From positions 1 to 44,299 of IMG/VR virus record IMGVR_UViG_3300033150_002085: a stretch of 44,299 nucleotides of DNA, one strand, 5' to 3'. Under the pieces are notes generated by a model. The model worked only from the letters and a program-made list of their open reading frames with translations, was not told the origin of the DNA and made no database searches. Below are positions 1 through 9,813 of the stretch, one piece after another; within the stretch, counting starts at the first letter, position 1; each line of letters opens with the position of its first letter. This DNA is from a virus. Both the position numbers and the translations under genes were made by a program.

Positions 1-114
1 CGTGGCGCGTTTTCGTGCGGCCGCCACGTTTCGCCCGTGTCGGCCCGGGGCTAGCCGGTCGACGGCGTGGTCGACGGCGTGGTTTTCGGCCGCGACGGGC
101 GAACGTCGTCGCCC
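1..114. repeat. Terminal direct repeat, left copy (identical to 44186..44299)
   Basis: Hand comparison shows bases 1-114 equal 44186-44299. This implies a circular assembly or a short terminal redundancy. Confidence 0.95.
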
Positions 115-332
115 GTGTGGCGTGGTGTGGCGCGATACCAACGGCCGTCGTCGCGTTGGACCACCTCGAACCGGAGCCGCGCGGCCGTTCGCAGCCGGAT
201 GCGCCGGCCCGAGAACACGTTTGTCCCGACCCAGCCGCCGTAGGGGCTCGTGGCGTCCACGCGGACGGGGACGAGCCGCCCGGCGACGTTGACGGCGTAG
301 GTTTTCCCGATGGCGACGTCCTTCTTACGCAT
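51..332 (-). CDS. Hypothetical 93-aa protein, co-operonic with the amidoligase
   Basis: SD AAGGAGG lies 5 nt upstream of the ATG on the minus strand. The gene starts 26 nt after the amidoligase stop. The C-terminal tail TTPSTTPSTG is encoded by the tandem GGTCGACGGCGT repeats. No family recognised. Confidence 0.6.
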   Translation of the reverse strand: MRKKDVAIGKTYAVNVAGRLVPVRVDATSPYGGWVGTNVFSGRRIRLRTAARLRFEVVQRDDGRWYRATPRHTGDDVRPSRPKTTPSTTPSTG

Positions 333-358
333 GGCGTCCTCCTTTCATTTCGCGCGTC

Positions 359-1297
359 TTACGCGCCGTCGAACTTCTGCGCGAGCCGCCGCAGCTCGCG
401 CTTGGCGTTCTTAATCTCGTCGATATCTTCAATCCAACCCGCGGCCACGCAGGCGGGCTTGCGGTAGTCCTTGCGGCCGCGGACCCAGCCGGCCAGGTAA
501 AAGAACCGTTGGAGCGCCCCGCTCGCGGTGGTGATGTCGGCGTAGGTCACCGGCTTGGCGTCGAAGTCGGTGGGGCGCTTGCGGGCTAGCATGGCAAGCG
601 CGAGTGCCATTTGGACCCACGCTTTTGCCTTGCGGGCGTTGACCGTTCCGCTGAAGCAGCGGAACTCGACCGTGCCGTGGCTTACGAGCGCTCGCACGTT
701 GAGCGAGTGGTAGCGTCCAATCCAGCGGCCGACGTTGTTTATTTCGTCGTAGGTGGGGTTCTTCTTGGCGAGCACCGAGTCTTTGTATTGCGCCCAGGCG
801 TCCGGGTGCTTGATGGACCGGCAGTAACGCGAGCGGAGCCGGCGGCGGCTGCCGCTCGCCCCATAGAACGCCAGTTCGTGGTTGGCGGCGTGCAGGACGA
901 GCCGGCGAACCCAGGCGGCGACGGTGCGGAAGTCGTCCGCCCCGCACCCGCTGGTCGCTTCGACGTGGACGTGGAAGCCGCAGGTCGCGTTGACGCGAGC
1001 GCCGGCTTCGCGGAGCCGCTTGCAAACCTGCTCGATTTGGGCCAGGCCGTCTCGCCCGCGGAGCGGCGGCGAAACGAACTCGTAGCCGCGCCAGCCGCGC
1101 TGGTTGGTGTCGACCGATGAGTCCGACTTCGATTTCCAGCCCGGCGGGAAGCCGTGGTCATCGAGCCGTTTGGGCCGGCTGTAGGAGCCCCGCGGAATGT
1201 CGCATCGCCGGGGCAGGAGCACCTCGAATTCCACGCCGAACCGAATGGTTTCGGCTGCGGCGTCGCGTTCGTGCGTTTGCGTCCTCGTCGTCGTCAT
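359..1297 (-). CDS. Amidoligase_2-family (GS/GCS2-like carboxylate-amine ligase) protein
   Basis: 312 aa. Motifs GVEFEV, YEFVSPPL, CGFHVHV and TVEFRCF match my memory of the amidoligase enzyme family (PF12224). SD GAAAGGA precedes the ATG. Confidence 0.8.
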   Translation of the reverse strand: MTTTRTQTHERDAAAETIRFGVEFEVLLPRRCDIPRGSYSRPKRLDDHGFPPGWKSKSDSSVDTNQRGWRGYEFVSPPLRGRDGLAQIEQVCKRLREAGARVNATCGFHVHVEATSGCGADDFRTVAAWVRRLVLHAANHELAFYGASGSRRRLRSRYCRSIKHPDAWAQYKDSVLAKKNPTYDEINNVGRWIGRYHSLNVRALVSHGTVEFRCFSGTVNARKAKAWVQMALALAMLARKRPTDFDAKPVTYADITTASGALQRFFYLAGWVRGRKDYRKPACVAAGWIEDIDEIKNAKRELRRLAQKFDGA

Positions 1298-1333
1298 CGT
1301 CGCGTCCTTTCGTTCTCGCCCCCACCACTTGTC

Positions 1334-1380
1334 TATTTACCGGTTTTCGCCAAGTTGTCAAGGCAAAATCCAGGAATTTT
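1334..1380 (-). promoter_or_regulatory. Leftward sigma70-like promoter with abutting palindromic operator
   Basis: On the minus strand: -35 TTGACA (1356-1361), 16-nt spacer, -10 TAAATA (1334-1339). Imperfect palindrome AAAATTCCTGGATTTT lies at 1365-1380. The cassette is near-identical to those at 23474-23520 and 31279-31325. Confidence 0.65.
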
Positions 1381-1621
1381 CCGGTTTTTTCCGCCGGCGC
1401 GGTCGGCCGCCCAAAATCGCCCCGTGGCCGCCAACGCCGCGGCCGCGCGTCCTACGTCTATTCGGGCGAGACGTCGCGACACGGGCCAACGTGGGGCGTT
1501 GGCGCGGCCACCACGTCGCCGCCGCGTCGCACGACGCCACCGCCGCCGCAAGCGGCGGGACGATTAGCCGCGTGGCGACCCCGGCATCCAGCGAAAACCG
1601 GCCGCGTGGCCGCGGCGATTC

Positions 1622-1650
1622 TTGCGGGCGTCGGGGGCGGCGGCTAGAAT
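1622..1650 (+). promoter_or_regulatory. Rightward sigma70-like promoter in front of the packaging/head operon
   Basis: -35 TTGCGG (1622-1627), 17-nt spacer, -10 TAGAAT (1645-1650). Direct repeats GCCGCGTGGC at 1567-1576 and 1601-1610 lie just upstream. Confidence 0.5.
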
Positions 1651-1657
1651 GGCCAGC

Positions 1658-2176
1658 ATGGACGAGCGACCCCAACACGACGAGCCGACCGAGCGAATCG
1701 ACCGGACCGGCTGGCCCGAGCCGCCGGAGGGGCGGCGGTACCCGACCGACGAGGAAATCGCCCGGTGGAAGGCCGAAGGGCGATACCGCCCGGGGATGGA
1801 GCGGCTCCAAATGTGGGTGAAGGGCTATTCGGGCAACCCGCAAGGTCGGCCGCGGCGCAAAACGCTCACGCAAATCCTCATCGAGTTGGGCGACGAGGTC
1901 ACCGCGCGGGTCGGCGACCGCGCGCTCACCCGGACCGAGGCGCTCGCGCTGGGCCTGTGGAACGTCCTGCTGGACGCGGCCAAGCGCGGGAAGTTCCGCT
2001 CGGCACAGGTCGACATTCTCAAGCTCGTTGCGGACCACATTTCGCCGAAGCCGCGGAGCATGGAAGACCTCGATGACACCGATGACCGCCCGAAACTCAT
2101 CCGGCCGCCGTTCGCCCTGCCGACCGACCAGCCCGTGAACGGAGGCGAAGAGCACGATGCCCCTGATTGCGATTGA
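1658..2176 (+). CDS. Terminase small subunit candidate (DUF5681-like)
   Basis: Carries an SGNPQGRP motif and overlaps the TerL start by 20 nt. ATG 1658 is about 8 nt after the -10, so the mRNA may be leaderless. Alternative in-frame starts are 1649 and 1622. Confidence 0.6.
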   Translation: MDERPQHDEPTERIDRTGWPEPPEGRRYPTDEEIARWKAEGRYRPGMERLQMWVKGYSGNPQGRPRRKTLTQILIELGDEVTARVGDRALTRTEALALGLWNVLLDAAKRGKFRSAQVDILKLVADHISPKPRSMEDLDDTDDRPKLIRPPFALPTDQPVNGGEEHDAPDCD

Positions 2177-3611
2177 CGCGCAGCCCGCCTCGCGACCGCT
2201 CGGCAAAGGCCAGGCCGCGGTCGCGTCCGACTGGACGCACCGCTTCGTGGCCGCCCAGGGTGGCTGGATGGCGGGCAAGACCTGGGTCGGCGCTCGCAAG
2301 CTGGTCAGCCTGCACATTTATAACGCGTTCGACGACCTCGGCGAGGCCACCTACGTCCCGTCGGTGTGCGTGGCCCCCACCTACTCGAACGCGATGGACT
2401 TCATGGTGCCCGAGCTGCAGGACGCGCTCCGCGAGTCGGGCCTCGCGTGGCGCTGGCGGGCCAGCGGCTCCATCGCCCAGGGCCGGTTCTCTGCGCCGGC
2501 GTTCGTTCTGCCCGACCTCGGCACGGCCAAGAACCCGAGCGTCATTCTCATCCGCACGGCCGTCCAGCCGGAGCGCATCACGGGGTGGCAGGCGGGTGCG
2601 GGGTGGGGCGACGAGCCGGCGCGGTGGCCGACCGACCCCGCCGACCCGAAGCGAGACCCCATCATGCAGCTGCGAGCCCGCGTGCGCCATCCGCGTGCGC
2701 GGTTCCTGCAGCTGCTGTTCACCTACACGAACGAGGGGGACGTCACGCGCATCTATGAGGAGTTCCACAGCGGCCACCCCGACCACGCCCTCTACACCTT
2801 GCCGACAAAGGAGAACCCGCTGGCCGCCGATTTCTACGAGATGCAGCGGTCGCTGCTGCCGCCGCTCCTGGCCAGGCAGTACCTCGAGGGCGAGGCCATC
2901 AACATGCGTGGCGGCAAGGTCTACCCCGACTTCGACGCGTCGAAGCATGTTGACGAGATGCTCGAGCTGAGCCCGAACCTTCCGGTCCACCTCGCCCTCG
3001 ACTTTAACATCGCCCCAGGTATGCATGGCGAAATCGGGCAGTTCTGGCCGGACAAAGACCTCTTCACGGTGGTGCACGAGATTTTCGCGCCGCGCATGAC
3101 CGTCCGGGAGCTGGTCGACGAGGTGGCGAGGGTGCTTCTGGGCACCGAAGGGAAGTGGCGGTGGCCCGGGCCGCTGGAGATTTTCGGCGACGCGACGGGC
3201 CGGGCGGAAAGCGCCTCGACGGGCGAGTCGTGCTATGGTGTCCTCACGCAGGAGCTGCAGGCCCGCAACATTCCGTATCGCATTCGCGTGCCGCGCGCCA
3301 ACCCGCCGGTCGTGGACCGCGTGAACGCGTTCTGTGCAGCCCTGCAGGACGCCGAGGGCGTCGTCCACTGGAAATGCCACCCGCGATGCCGCGAGCTGAT
3401 TGCCGACCTGCGTGAGCTGAACCGCGACGCGTCCGGCCGCATCGCCAAGGCAGACCCCATGCGCTCGCACGCCAGCGACGCGGAAGGGTATCGCATCGCG
3501 TATTTGCGCCCCGCGCGCATCACCGCACGACCCGTGACGAGTCGCATCAGCGTCAATCCGCGGGCCGCGCAAAACAGGAGGAGGATGACCCGTGGCCCTT
3601 CGGTTCTTTGA
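2157..3611 (+). CDS. terL: Terminase large subunit
   Basis: 484 aa. Walker A-like GGWMAGKT and acidic GWGDE segment. Positioned between TerS and the portal. Confidence 0.85.
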   Translation: MPLIAIDAQPASRPLGKGQAAVASDWTHRFVAAQGGWMAGKTWVGARKLVSLHIYNAFDDLGEATYVPSVCVAPTYSNAMDFMVPELQDALRESGLAWRWRASGSIAQGRFSAPAFVLPDLGTAKNPSVILIRTAVQPERITGWQAGAGWGDEPARWPTDPADPKRDPIMQLRARVRHPRARFLQLLFTYTNEGDVTRIYEEFHSGHPDHALYTLPTKENPLAADFYEMQRSLLPPLLARQYLEGEAINMRGGKVYPDFDASKHVDEMLELSPNLPVHLALDFNIAPGMHGEIGQFWPDKDLFTVVHEIFAPRMTVRELVDEVARVLLGTEGKWRWPGPLEIFGDATGRAESASTGESCYGVLTQELQARNIPYRIRVPRANPPVVDRVNAFCAALQDAEGVVHWKCHPRCRELIADLRELNRDASGRIAKADPMRSHASDAEGYRIAYLRPARITARPVTSRISVNPRAAQNRRRMTRGPSVL

Positions 3612-5061
3612 TTTCCTGCGACGCCCGCGAAACCTCCGCGAGCAGACGCCGCCGCAGCACGCCGGCAAAATGACCGCCGCCGCAGCGCTGGCCGATGTGG
3701 AAGGGTTCGGCCTGGCTCCCGCAGGCACCTTCGACACCTACCGCAAGATGCGAGGGAACCCGACCATCGCGATGGCACGCATCGCCGCGCACGCACCTAT
3801 CCGCTCGGCCACGTTCTCGTTCGTCACCGCCGATGACGGCAGCGACGAGCTGCGCGAATGGGTCGAGGAGAAGGTGCGGCCGCTCTGGCCCGTTCTGCTG
3901 CGCGACCTGCTCTACGCCCTCGACTACGGGTTCATGGCCTTTGAGAAGGTGTGGCGCGTGGACGAGGATGGGAAGCTCGTCTACGACCGGCTGAAGCCAC
4001 TCCTGGTCGACAAGACGGTCATCCTCGTGGACGAGAAGACCGGGGCGTATCGAGGCCTGCGCCAGGGCGCGGTCGTCCTGCCGCCCGAGAAGACATTCCT
4101 CTTCACCTACGACGGCGAGGCGGGCGACCTCTACGGCCGCAGCCGGCACGAGAACGTCCGCGAGGCCTGGCACCGCTGGAATAAGCTGGCCGAGCGGCAG
4201 GAGAAGTACATCCGCAAGGTCAGCGGGGTAACGCCCATGGTCGAGTACCCTCCCGGGAGGTCGCTCGACGCCTCGGGTGCCGAGCAGGACAACTACGACC
4301 TAGCGGTGGCGGTGCTCGAGAACCTCGGCCGCGGCCAAGGCGTGGCCATGCCGAACGTCCTGGCGTCCTACGCCGAAGACCTCGTCCGGCAGGGCATCGA
4401 CATCTCCCAGTTGCGAGCGTGGCAGATTGAGTTCCTGGAGCCGAAGTCCTCGCACGGCAGCGAGTTCGTGGAGATGATGCGGCACCTTGAGACGCAGCTC
4501 TGCCGCGGCTGGCTCATCCCTGAGCGGGCGGTCCAGGAGGGCCAGCACGGCACGCTGGCCGAGGCCGAGGCCCACGCCCGCCTGTCGCTGGTCGTGGCTG
4601 AACTGCTCCTGCGCGACATCGCCCGCGCGGTCAACGACTACGTCATCGCACCTCTGCTCGCCGTTAACTTCGGGCAGGAGCGGGCGAAGGAGGTGGCGCT
4701 CGAGCCGCAAGGCCTCGACGCGGCGAACCAGGCCTTTTTCCGCGACCTCCTCTCGAAGGTCATCGGGGCCCCTCAGAACGTGGACCTGTTCCTGGACCTT
4801 CTCGACGTCGACGCGCTGCTCGACATGGCGGACCTGCCACGGCAGCGGAGCGCGAGCGAGGTCGAGCCCCCTCCGCCGGCCGAGAAGGGTGGCGAGGGTG
4901 CTGAGCCGGGTGGCAATGGCGACGGAGCCGTCCGGCCCGAGACCATCGAGGACCGGATGGCCATCCGCGCGGCGAGGCGAAGCCTCCTGCGGTCCATTTA
5001 CGATTCGGAACTCTGGCGAGGGCTGAGGGCCAATGCGACCAGGAGCGATGACCGCGGCTGA
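3592..5061 (+). CDS. Portal protein (Mu gp29/DUF935-like by context)
   Basis: 489 aa. Sits directly after TerL and before the MuF-family gene, with coupled overlaps at both ends. Confidence 0.75.
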   Translation: MALRFFDFLRRPRNLREQTPPQHAGKMTAAAALADVEGFGLAPAGTFDTYRKMRGNPTIAMARIAAHAPIRSATFSFVTADDGSDELREWVEEKVRPLWPVLLRDLLYALDYGFMAFEKVWRVDEDGKLVYDRLKPLLVDKTVILVDEKTGAYRGLRQGAVVLPPEKTFLFTYDGEAGDLYGRSRHENVREAWHRWNKLAERQEKYIRKVSGVTPMVEYPPGRSLDASGAEQDNYDLAVAVLENLGRGQGVAMPNVLASYAEDLVRQGIDISQLRAWQIEFLEPKSSHGSEFVEMMRHLETQLCRGWLIPERAVQEGQHGTLAEAEAHARLSLVVAELLLRDIARAVNDYVIAPLLAVNFGQERAKEVALEPQGLDAANQAFFRDLLSKVIGAPQNVDLFLDLLDVDALLDMADLPRQRSASEVEPPPPAEKGGEGAEPGGNGDGAVRPETIEDRMAIRAARRSLLRSIYDSELWRGLRANATRSDDRG

Positions 5062-7714
5062 GCGGCGACGACTCGTCGTCGCGTTGGCCCATCAGCAGGA
5101 CGCTGACCGCAGGCGGCTGGAGCGGGTCGGGCTCCGCGCGGCCAACAACATCGGCCTGCGGATGCTGCGGCGCGCGACCGCGGCCTTCCGCCAGCACGGA
5201 GACCCCCTGGAACCCGTGCGTGAGCTCCTGTTGGGCGACCTCGCCGACGTCGTCCGCGACGGCATGGTGGCCGCCCACTTGCAGGGGCGGTTGCGGTCGC
5301 TGCAGGTGGCGAAGGCCTACTACAGCCGGCGGCAATACCTGAGCGTTTACTCCGACGCGCTGAATTTCCTCTACAAGCGGCTCAACGTCGGCCCGGACGA
5401 CGTGCAGCGCCTCGCCGAAACCTACAGCGAGGCGGCCATCCGGGTTTGCGGCTCGGCCAATGCCCTCCTGGAGAAGCGCGTCTCCCTGGCGATGACGCAG
5501 GCGGTCGGCACGGGTGCCCACGTGGAAGAGGGTGTCGAGCTGCTGCGAGACGCCTTCGCCGCGGCGGGCGTGACGCCGCGAAACCCCTTCTTGCTCGAGA
5601 CGATTTTCCGCACGCAGGTCCAGCTGGCGTACTCGGCTGGGCGGATGTCGGCGAACGCGGACCCGGCCATCGACGAGATTCTGTGGGGCTACGAGTACGT
5701 GACGGTCGGCGACGACCGCGTCCGTCCAACGCACGCCGCCCTCGACGGCATGCGGCTGCCGAAGGACGACCCGCGCTGGGCGGAGTTTACGCCACCGAAC
5801 GGGTGGAACTGCAGGTGCGCCATCGTCGAGATATTCGACAAGGGCACCCCGAAACCTCCGCCCGACACGATTAAGGTCGACGGCCAAGAAGTGCCGGTTC
5901 GCCCGGATGCGGGGTGGGCGTTCAATCCGGGCATGCTCTACCGCGACCTGATGGCGGTGCCCGAAGCCGCGAAGATTGGCCTCGGCTCGCTTGGCGCGGC
6001 TGAGCGGGTGCTGTCAGAACTCGGCCGCCCCGCCACGACCGACGAGATTCTAAACATTGCCATTTCTAAGGGTTATTGGGCACCTGGCGGGAAAACGCCG
6101 AAGTCCACACTCTACGCCGCGCTGATGAAGGAGGCGAAAAAGCCGGCGGGCAAAATCGTGAAGACCGCGCCCAACACCTGGGGGTTGCGGAGCGGCGCGA
6201 AGGTCGCCAAGCCGAAGGCGGTGCCGAAGGCAGCGCCGAAGGCAGCGCCGAAACCGAAACCGAAACCCGCGCCCGAGCCGGCCCCGGCTCCCGCGCCGCC
6301 CGACGTGCCTGTGGTGGAGCCCCAAACCGCGGCCGGCAAGAAGGCGGCGAAGAAGATTCGCCAGCTGGCCGAGGAGGTCGGTGTCCGCGGCGACGTCCCG
6401 GACGAGGCGCTCGAGGCCATCGCGCAGACCGTCGACGACATGAATGCACTATTCTCGAAGGCTCCGAAGTTTCGGAGAATCGTTATTGACGGCACGCCCG
6501 GGCCCGCTGGTGAGATGGCCACTTACCATTCAGCGACGGACACCATTTACATCAACGCAACCGAGATTCGGACGCGGTTTCTCGCCCTCGGCAACGACAA
6601 GCCGTGGCGGGCGTACTCGCTGCACCCGGCGTTCCACGACCAGGTCTACGCATTCGGTGAGTCAGTCGGCGACGTGGTCCGCCACGAAATCGGCCACGCC
6701 CTCTGGCATAAGCTGCCCGAGCAGGCGAAGCAGGCGTGGGGCTCGGTCCACGACCCGTCCTCGCTGCTGGGGAAGCTCTACGCCAAGAAGATGATTACGC
6801 AGTACGGTGCGACCGGCGGGCCGGCCGAGGCCTTCGCCGAGGCGTTCGCCTACTTCACGCACCCCTCGTATGGGGCTTTCGGCTCGCACAACATCATGCC
6901 GTTCCTGCCGGACGACGTGCAGGACTTTTTCCGCAGCATCCTCTACCCCCGCCTCGGCCCCGACATCGCCAACCTCAAGGCCAAGGCGTTCATCGAGGTC
7001 AAGAAGGTTGCCCAGACCGAGACCGCCGAGAAGGTGGTGAAGCACGCCGAGGAGGTCGCCAAGGCCAAGGCCAAGGCGACGACGGCCACGACAAAGGGGA
7101 AGGCGGCCAAGAAGGCCGCCAAGCCGAAAATGCCGGAGGCCGGCGAAAAGGGCCTGCCCACGCTGAGATATGGCTCGAAGGAGTTCGAGCCGCTGCCCAC
7201 CAAGAAGGCGCCCGGCCGGATGACGAAAGACGAAAAGGAGCTGCTGAAGGCCTACACGGGCGACCTCTACGAAGAGCTGAACGACGTCCTTCGCATCAGG
7301 GCCGAGGACTGCAAGCCGTTGTCGAGGCGGTGGGAAGCCACCACCGAGGCGATTCGGAGCGCCCTCTCCAAAATCAAGCCCCACCGCGGCGTCACCTGGC
7401 GGGGCATCGGCCTGCGAGGCAAAAAGAGCTTCCGCCGCATTGTCGAAAGCCACGAGCCCGGGTCGGTGCTCGTGATGGACTCGTTCTGGTCCTCGTCGGT
7501 GAGCGAACGTATCGCCGAGGACTTCGCCAAGGGCTACCCCTACAAGGTCGTTTTCAAAATCAAGGGAAAGACAGGTCGAAACATCAAGAAGTTTTCGTAT
7601 TGTCCATACGAGGACGAAATCCTCTTCGCGCCCGGGACGCGGTACCGGGTCGTCAGCAAAAAGCTTGTCATGCGAGACCCCGAGCACTACCTTATCGAAC
7701 TGGAGGAGTTGTAA
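5048..7714 (+). CDS. Polyvalent head protein: MuF/SPP1 gp7 domain + HARE-HTH-like + zincin metallopeptidase + C-terminal ADP-ribosyltransferase
   Basis: MuF motif [20 protein letters not shown]...NGWNCRC. HTH-like segment [23 protein letters not shown] at 6683-6697. ART R-S-ExE triad: R 7400-7402, SSS 7490-7498, EDE 7610-7618. AKPK/PAP and KA-rich linkers. SD AGGAG precedes ATG 5048. Confidence 0.9.
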   Translation: MTAAERRRLVVALAHQQDADRRRLERVGLRAANNIGLRMLRRATAAFRQHGDPLEPVRELLLGDLADVVRDGMVAAHLQGRLRSLQVAKAYYSRRQYLSVYSDALNFLYKRLNVGPDDVQRLAETYSEAAIRVCGSANALLEKRVSLAMTQAVGTGAHVEEGVELLRDAFAAAGVTPRNPFLLETIFRTQVQLAYSAGRMSANADPAIDEILWGYEYVTVGDDRVRPTHAALDGMRLPKDDPRWAEFTPPNGWNCRCAIVEIFDKGTPKPPPDTIKVDGQEVPVRPDAGWAFNPGMLYRDLMAVPEAAKIGLGSLGAAERVLSELGRPATTDEILNIAISKGYWAPGGKTPKSTLYAALMKEAKKPAGKIVKTAPNTWGLRSGAKVAKPKAVPKAAPKAAPKPKPKPAPEPAPAPAPPDVPVVEPQTAAGKKAAKKIRQLAEEVGVRGDVPDEALEAIAQTVDDMNALFSKAPKFRRIVIDGTPGPAGEMATYHSATDTIYINATEIRTRFLALGNDKPWRAYSLHPAFHDQVYAFGESVGDVVRHEIGHALWHKLPEQAKQAWGSVHDPSSLLGKLYAKKMITQYGATGGPAEAFAEAFAYFTHPSYGAFGSHNIMPFLPDDVQDFFRSILYPRLGPDIANLKAKAFIEVKKVAQTETAEKVVKHAEEVAKAKAKATTATTKGKAAKKAAKPKMPEAGEKGLPTLRYGSKEFEPLPTKKAPGRMTKDEKELLKAYTGDLYEELNDVLRIRAEDCKPLSRRWEATTEAIRSALSKIKPHRGVTWRGIGLRGKKSFRRIVESHEPGSVLVMDSFWSSSVSERIAEDFAKGYPYKVVFKIKGKTGRNIKKFSYCPYEDEILFAPGTRYRVVSKKLVMRDPEHYLIELEEL

Positions 7715-7726
7715 AAGGAGGCGACG

Positions 7727-8038
7727 ATGGCCAAGCGCAAGCGGAAGTGGACAAAAGCCGAGGCCTACGCGGCGTTCTACAACCGGGTGTCAGGCGAGGG
7801 CGGCCGGGCTGGTTCGCAGGTGCTGGTTTCCGCCAGGCTGGGAACGCCAAAGTGCTTCTTGCGCGGTTGCCGACATTTCCGCGGCGTTCGCCTGTTCGGC
7901 GACGATGAGCATACCGAGCGGAACGTGTGTGATGCCTTCCCGGATGGCATCCCAGACGAAATCGCTTACGGCGACAACCCGCACACGGAGCCCTACCCCG
8001 GCGACCACGGCATGCGCTACCTGCCGCCGGAAGAATAG
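7727..8038 (+). CDS. Hypothetical protein
   Basis: 103 aa with SD AAAAGGAGG upstream. No family recognised. Confidence 0.65.
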   Translation: MAKRKRKWTKAEAYAAFYNRVSGEGGRAGSQVLVSARLGTPKCFLRGCRHFRGVRLFGDDEHTERNVCDAFPDGIPDEIAYGDNPHTEPYPGDHGMRYLPPEE

Positions 8039-8061
8039 GGCAATTTGAAAACGAAAAGCGC

Positions 8062-8091
8062 TTGACAGCCCCGGGGGTGCGGCCCGAGAAT
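8062..8091 (+). promoter_or_regulatory. Possible sigma70-like promoter before the protease-capsid genes
   Basis: -35 TTGACA (8062-8067), 18-nt spacer, -10 GAGAAT (8086-8091). An A-rich stretch GAAAACGAAAAG lies upstream. Confidence 0.45.
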
Positions 8092-8119
8092 GCCACCGTA
8101 GCCGAGGCACCTGTGGACC

Positions 8120-9751
8120 ATGCCATACCCGAACGAGCACGCGGCTCGCCTTCGACCCCCTTCGGGGTTTGTGAGGTTCCGGCGGAAAAACGACGCGTTC
8201 GGGCCTGGCATTCACGCCATTTACGGCGTGACAAGGGAGGGCAAGGCGGTTCTCCAGTCGCTGCGCTTCGACGCATCGCGGTTCACGGCGGATGAGGCGC
8301 GGCGGTGGTTGCGGGAGCACGACTACAAGCCTGTCGAATTCGCCCCAGCGTCGAAAGAGGCTGCGATGCAATTCGCCGTGTGGACGCGAAAATACATCAA
8401 CGACCTGCCCGACTCGGCGTTCCTCTACATCGAGCCCGGCGGCAAGAAGGACGAGGAGGGCAAGACGACCCCGCGGTCGCTGCGGCACTTCCCTTACAAG
8501 GACGCCTCCGGCAAAGTCGACCTGCCCCACCTTCGAAATGCCCTCGCTCGCATCCCGCAGTCGAACCTGCCGCAGGACGTCAAGGAGCGCGTGACGGCCA
8601 AGGCCCGCAAGATTCTCGAGCGCGCCAAGGAGCGGGCCGGCCTCGCCATTCTCTCGCCGGACTCTTCCGACTTCGAGGCTGCGTCCTCGCCCGCGGAGCG
8701 CGAGGGGTTCCAGGTCCAGAAGTTCCGGAAGGAGCTCATCCGCGAGGGCACCTACACCCACCCGGTGCACCAGTGGACGCTGAACGTCGACGAGGACCGC
8801 ATGCGGCGGTGGGTGGCCACGTTCCGCGAGATGTCAGCCGCCGGCGTGCACGTGCCGGTGAACGTCGACCATAACCATTCCGCGAAGGCGGTGGTCGGCT
8901 GGGTCACCGACATGTTCATCGAGAACGGTCGGCTCATCGGCATCCTGGAAATGCGCGGCGACGAGGCCATCAGCCTCGCTCGCCGAAATCGCTCGGTAAG
9001 CATCGAAGTAGCTAAGAACGTCAAGGACGGCAAGGGCAACACGTGGGAAGAGGCCATTGTCGGCTGCGCGGTGGTGTGGGACCCCGTCGTGCCGGCGCAG
9101 ACCGGCTTCGTTCCCGTCGCAGCGTCGCTGGGGTCCGCTCGCACGCGGATGGCCCCCCTCTACGTGATGGCAAAGGAGACCATGATGGACGAGAAACTGA
9201 AAGCCGAACTTGTCAACGTGCTCGGCGACAGTGCCGACGTGGACACCGCCGAGGCTGCCGTGCAGGCGCTGATGGAGCGGGTCAAGCAGCTGCAGACCGA
9301 AATCCGCAGCCTGCAGGACCAGGCGGAGGCCGCCAAGAAGAAAGCGGCGTCCCGCACCGGCGCACCCGACACCAGCGACGTGGACCCCGACGCCGCCGAG
9401 ATGCTGGCCGAGGCCACCGAGGCGAAACTCGACACGCTGGTCGCCGCCGGCAACATCACCCCCGCGGTCCGCGACAAGCTCGCCGAGGTGCTCGTGGGCA
9501 AGCCCGGGCAGCGAAACCTCTACTGCCTCAGCCGGAAGGTTTCGGGCGAGGCCACGCCTCTGGCGCGGCAGGTCATCGACATCCTCAGCGAGAACCGACC
9601 GCAGGAACTGCGCACGCTGACCGGCGTGCAGGCGCTGTCCCGGAACGTGCCTGGCGACGGCGACGACAGCGTCGACCCCGACATCCAGAAGGAGATGGTC
9701 ATGATGGCCATGGGCGGGGTCGCCGAAGCCGAGAAAGACAAACAGGGTTGA
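8120..9751 (+). CDS. Head maturation protease / scaffold fusion (Mu gpI-like by context)
   Basis: 543 aa. Repeated N-terminal PNEHAAR/DLPDSAF segments and a C-terminal coiled-coil scaffold-like half. Lies upstream of the decoration and capsid genes. Confidence 0.65.
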   Translation: MPYPNEHAARLRPPSGFVRFRRKNDAFGPGIHAIYGVTREGKAVLQSLRFDASRFTADEARRWLREHDYKPVEFAPASKEAAMQFAVWTRKYINDLPDSAFLYIEPGGKKDEEGKTTPRSLRHFPYKDASGKVDLPHLRNALARIPQSNLPQDVKERVTAKARKILERAKERAGLAILSPDSSDFEAASSPAEREGFQVQKFRKELIREGTYTHPVHQWTLNVDEDRMRRWVATFREMSAAGVHVPVNVDHNHSAKAVVGWVTDMFIENGRLIGILEMRGDEAISLARRNRSVSIEVAKNVKDGKGNTWEEAIVGCAVVWDPVVPAQTGFVPVAASLGSARTRMAPLYVMAKETMMDEKLKAELVNVLGDSADVDTAEAAVQALMERVKQLQTEIRSLQDQAEAAKKKAASRTGAPDTSDVDPDAAEMLAEATEAKLDTLVAAGNITPAVRDKLAEVLVGKPGQRNLYCLSRKVSGEATPLARQVIDILSENRPQELRTLTGVQALSRNVPGDGDDSVDPDIQKEMVMMAMGGVAEAEKDKQG

Positions 9752-9813
9752 CGAAAGGCTCGCCGCGCTGGACAATCCACCCAGCGGCGCAGTCGTGCTA
9801 AGGAGGACATGAG

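Noticed and set aside
2-467. Plus-strand ORFs at the left end (2..292 and 15..467).
   Set aside because: They are Arg/Ala/Pro-rich, have no SD, and lie opposite the SD-led minus-strand genes 51..332 and 359..1297.
6208-6300. Tandem GCCGAAGGCAGC / CCGAAA nucleotide repeats.
   Set aside because: They are in frame inside the polyvalent protein and encode an AKPK/PKP/PAP linker. This is a coding low-complexity linker, not a regulatory or CRISPR-like repeat.
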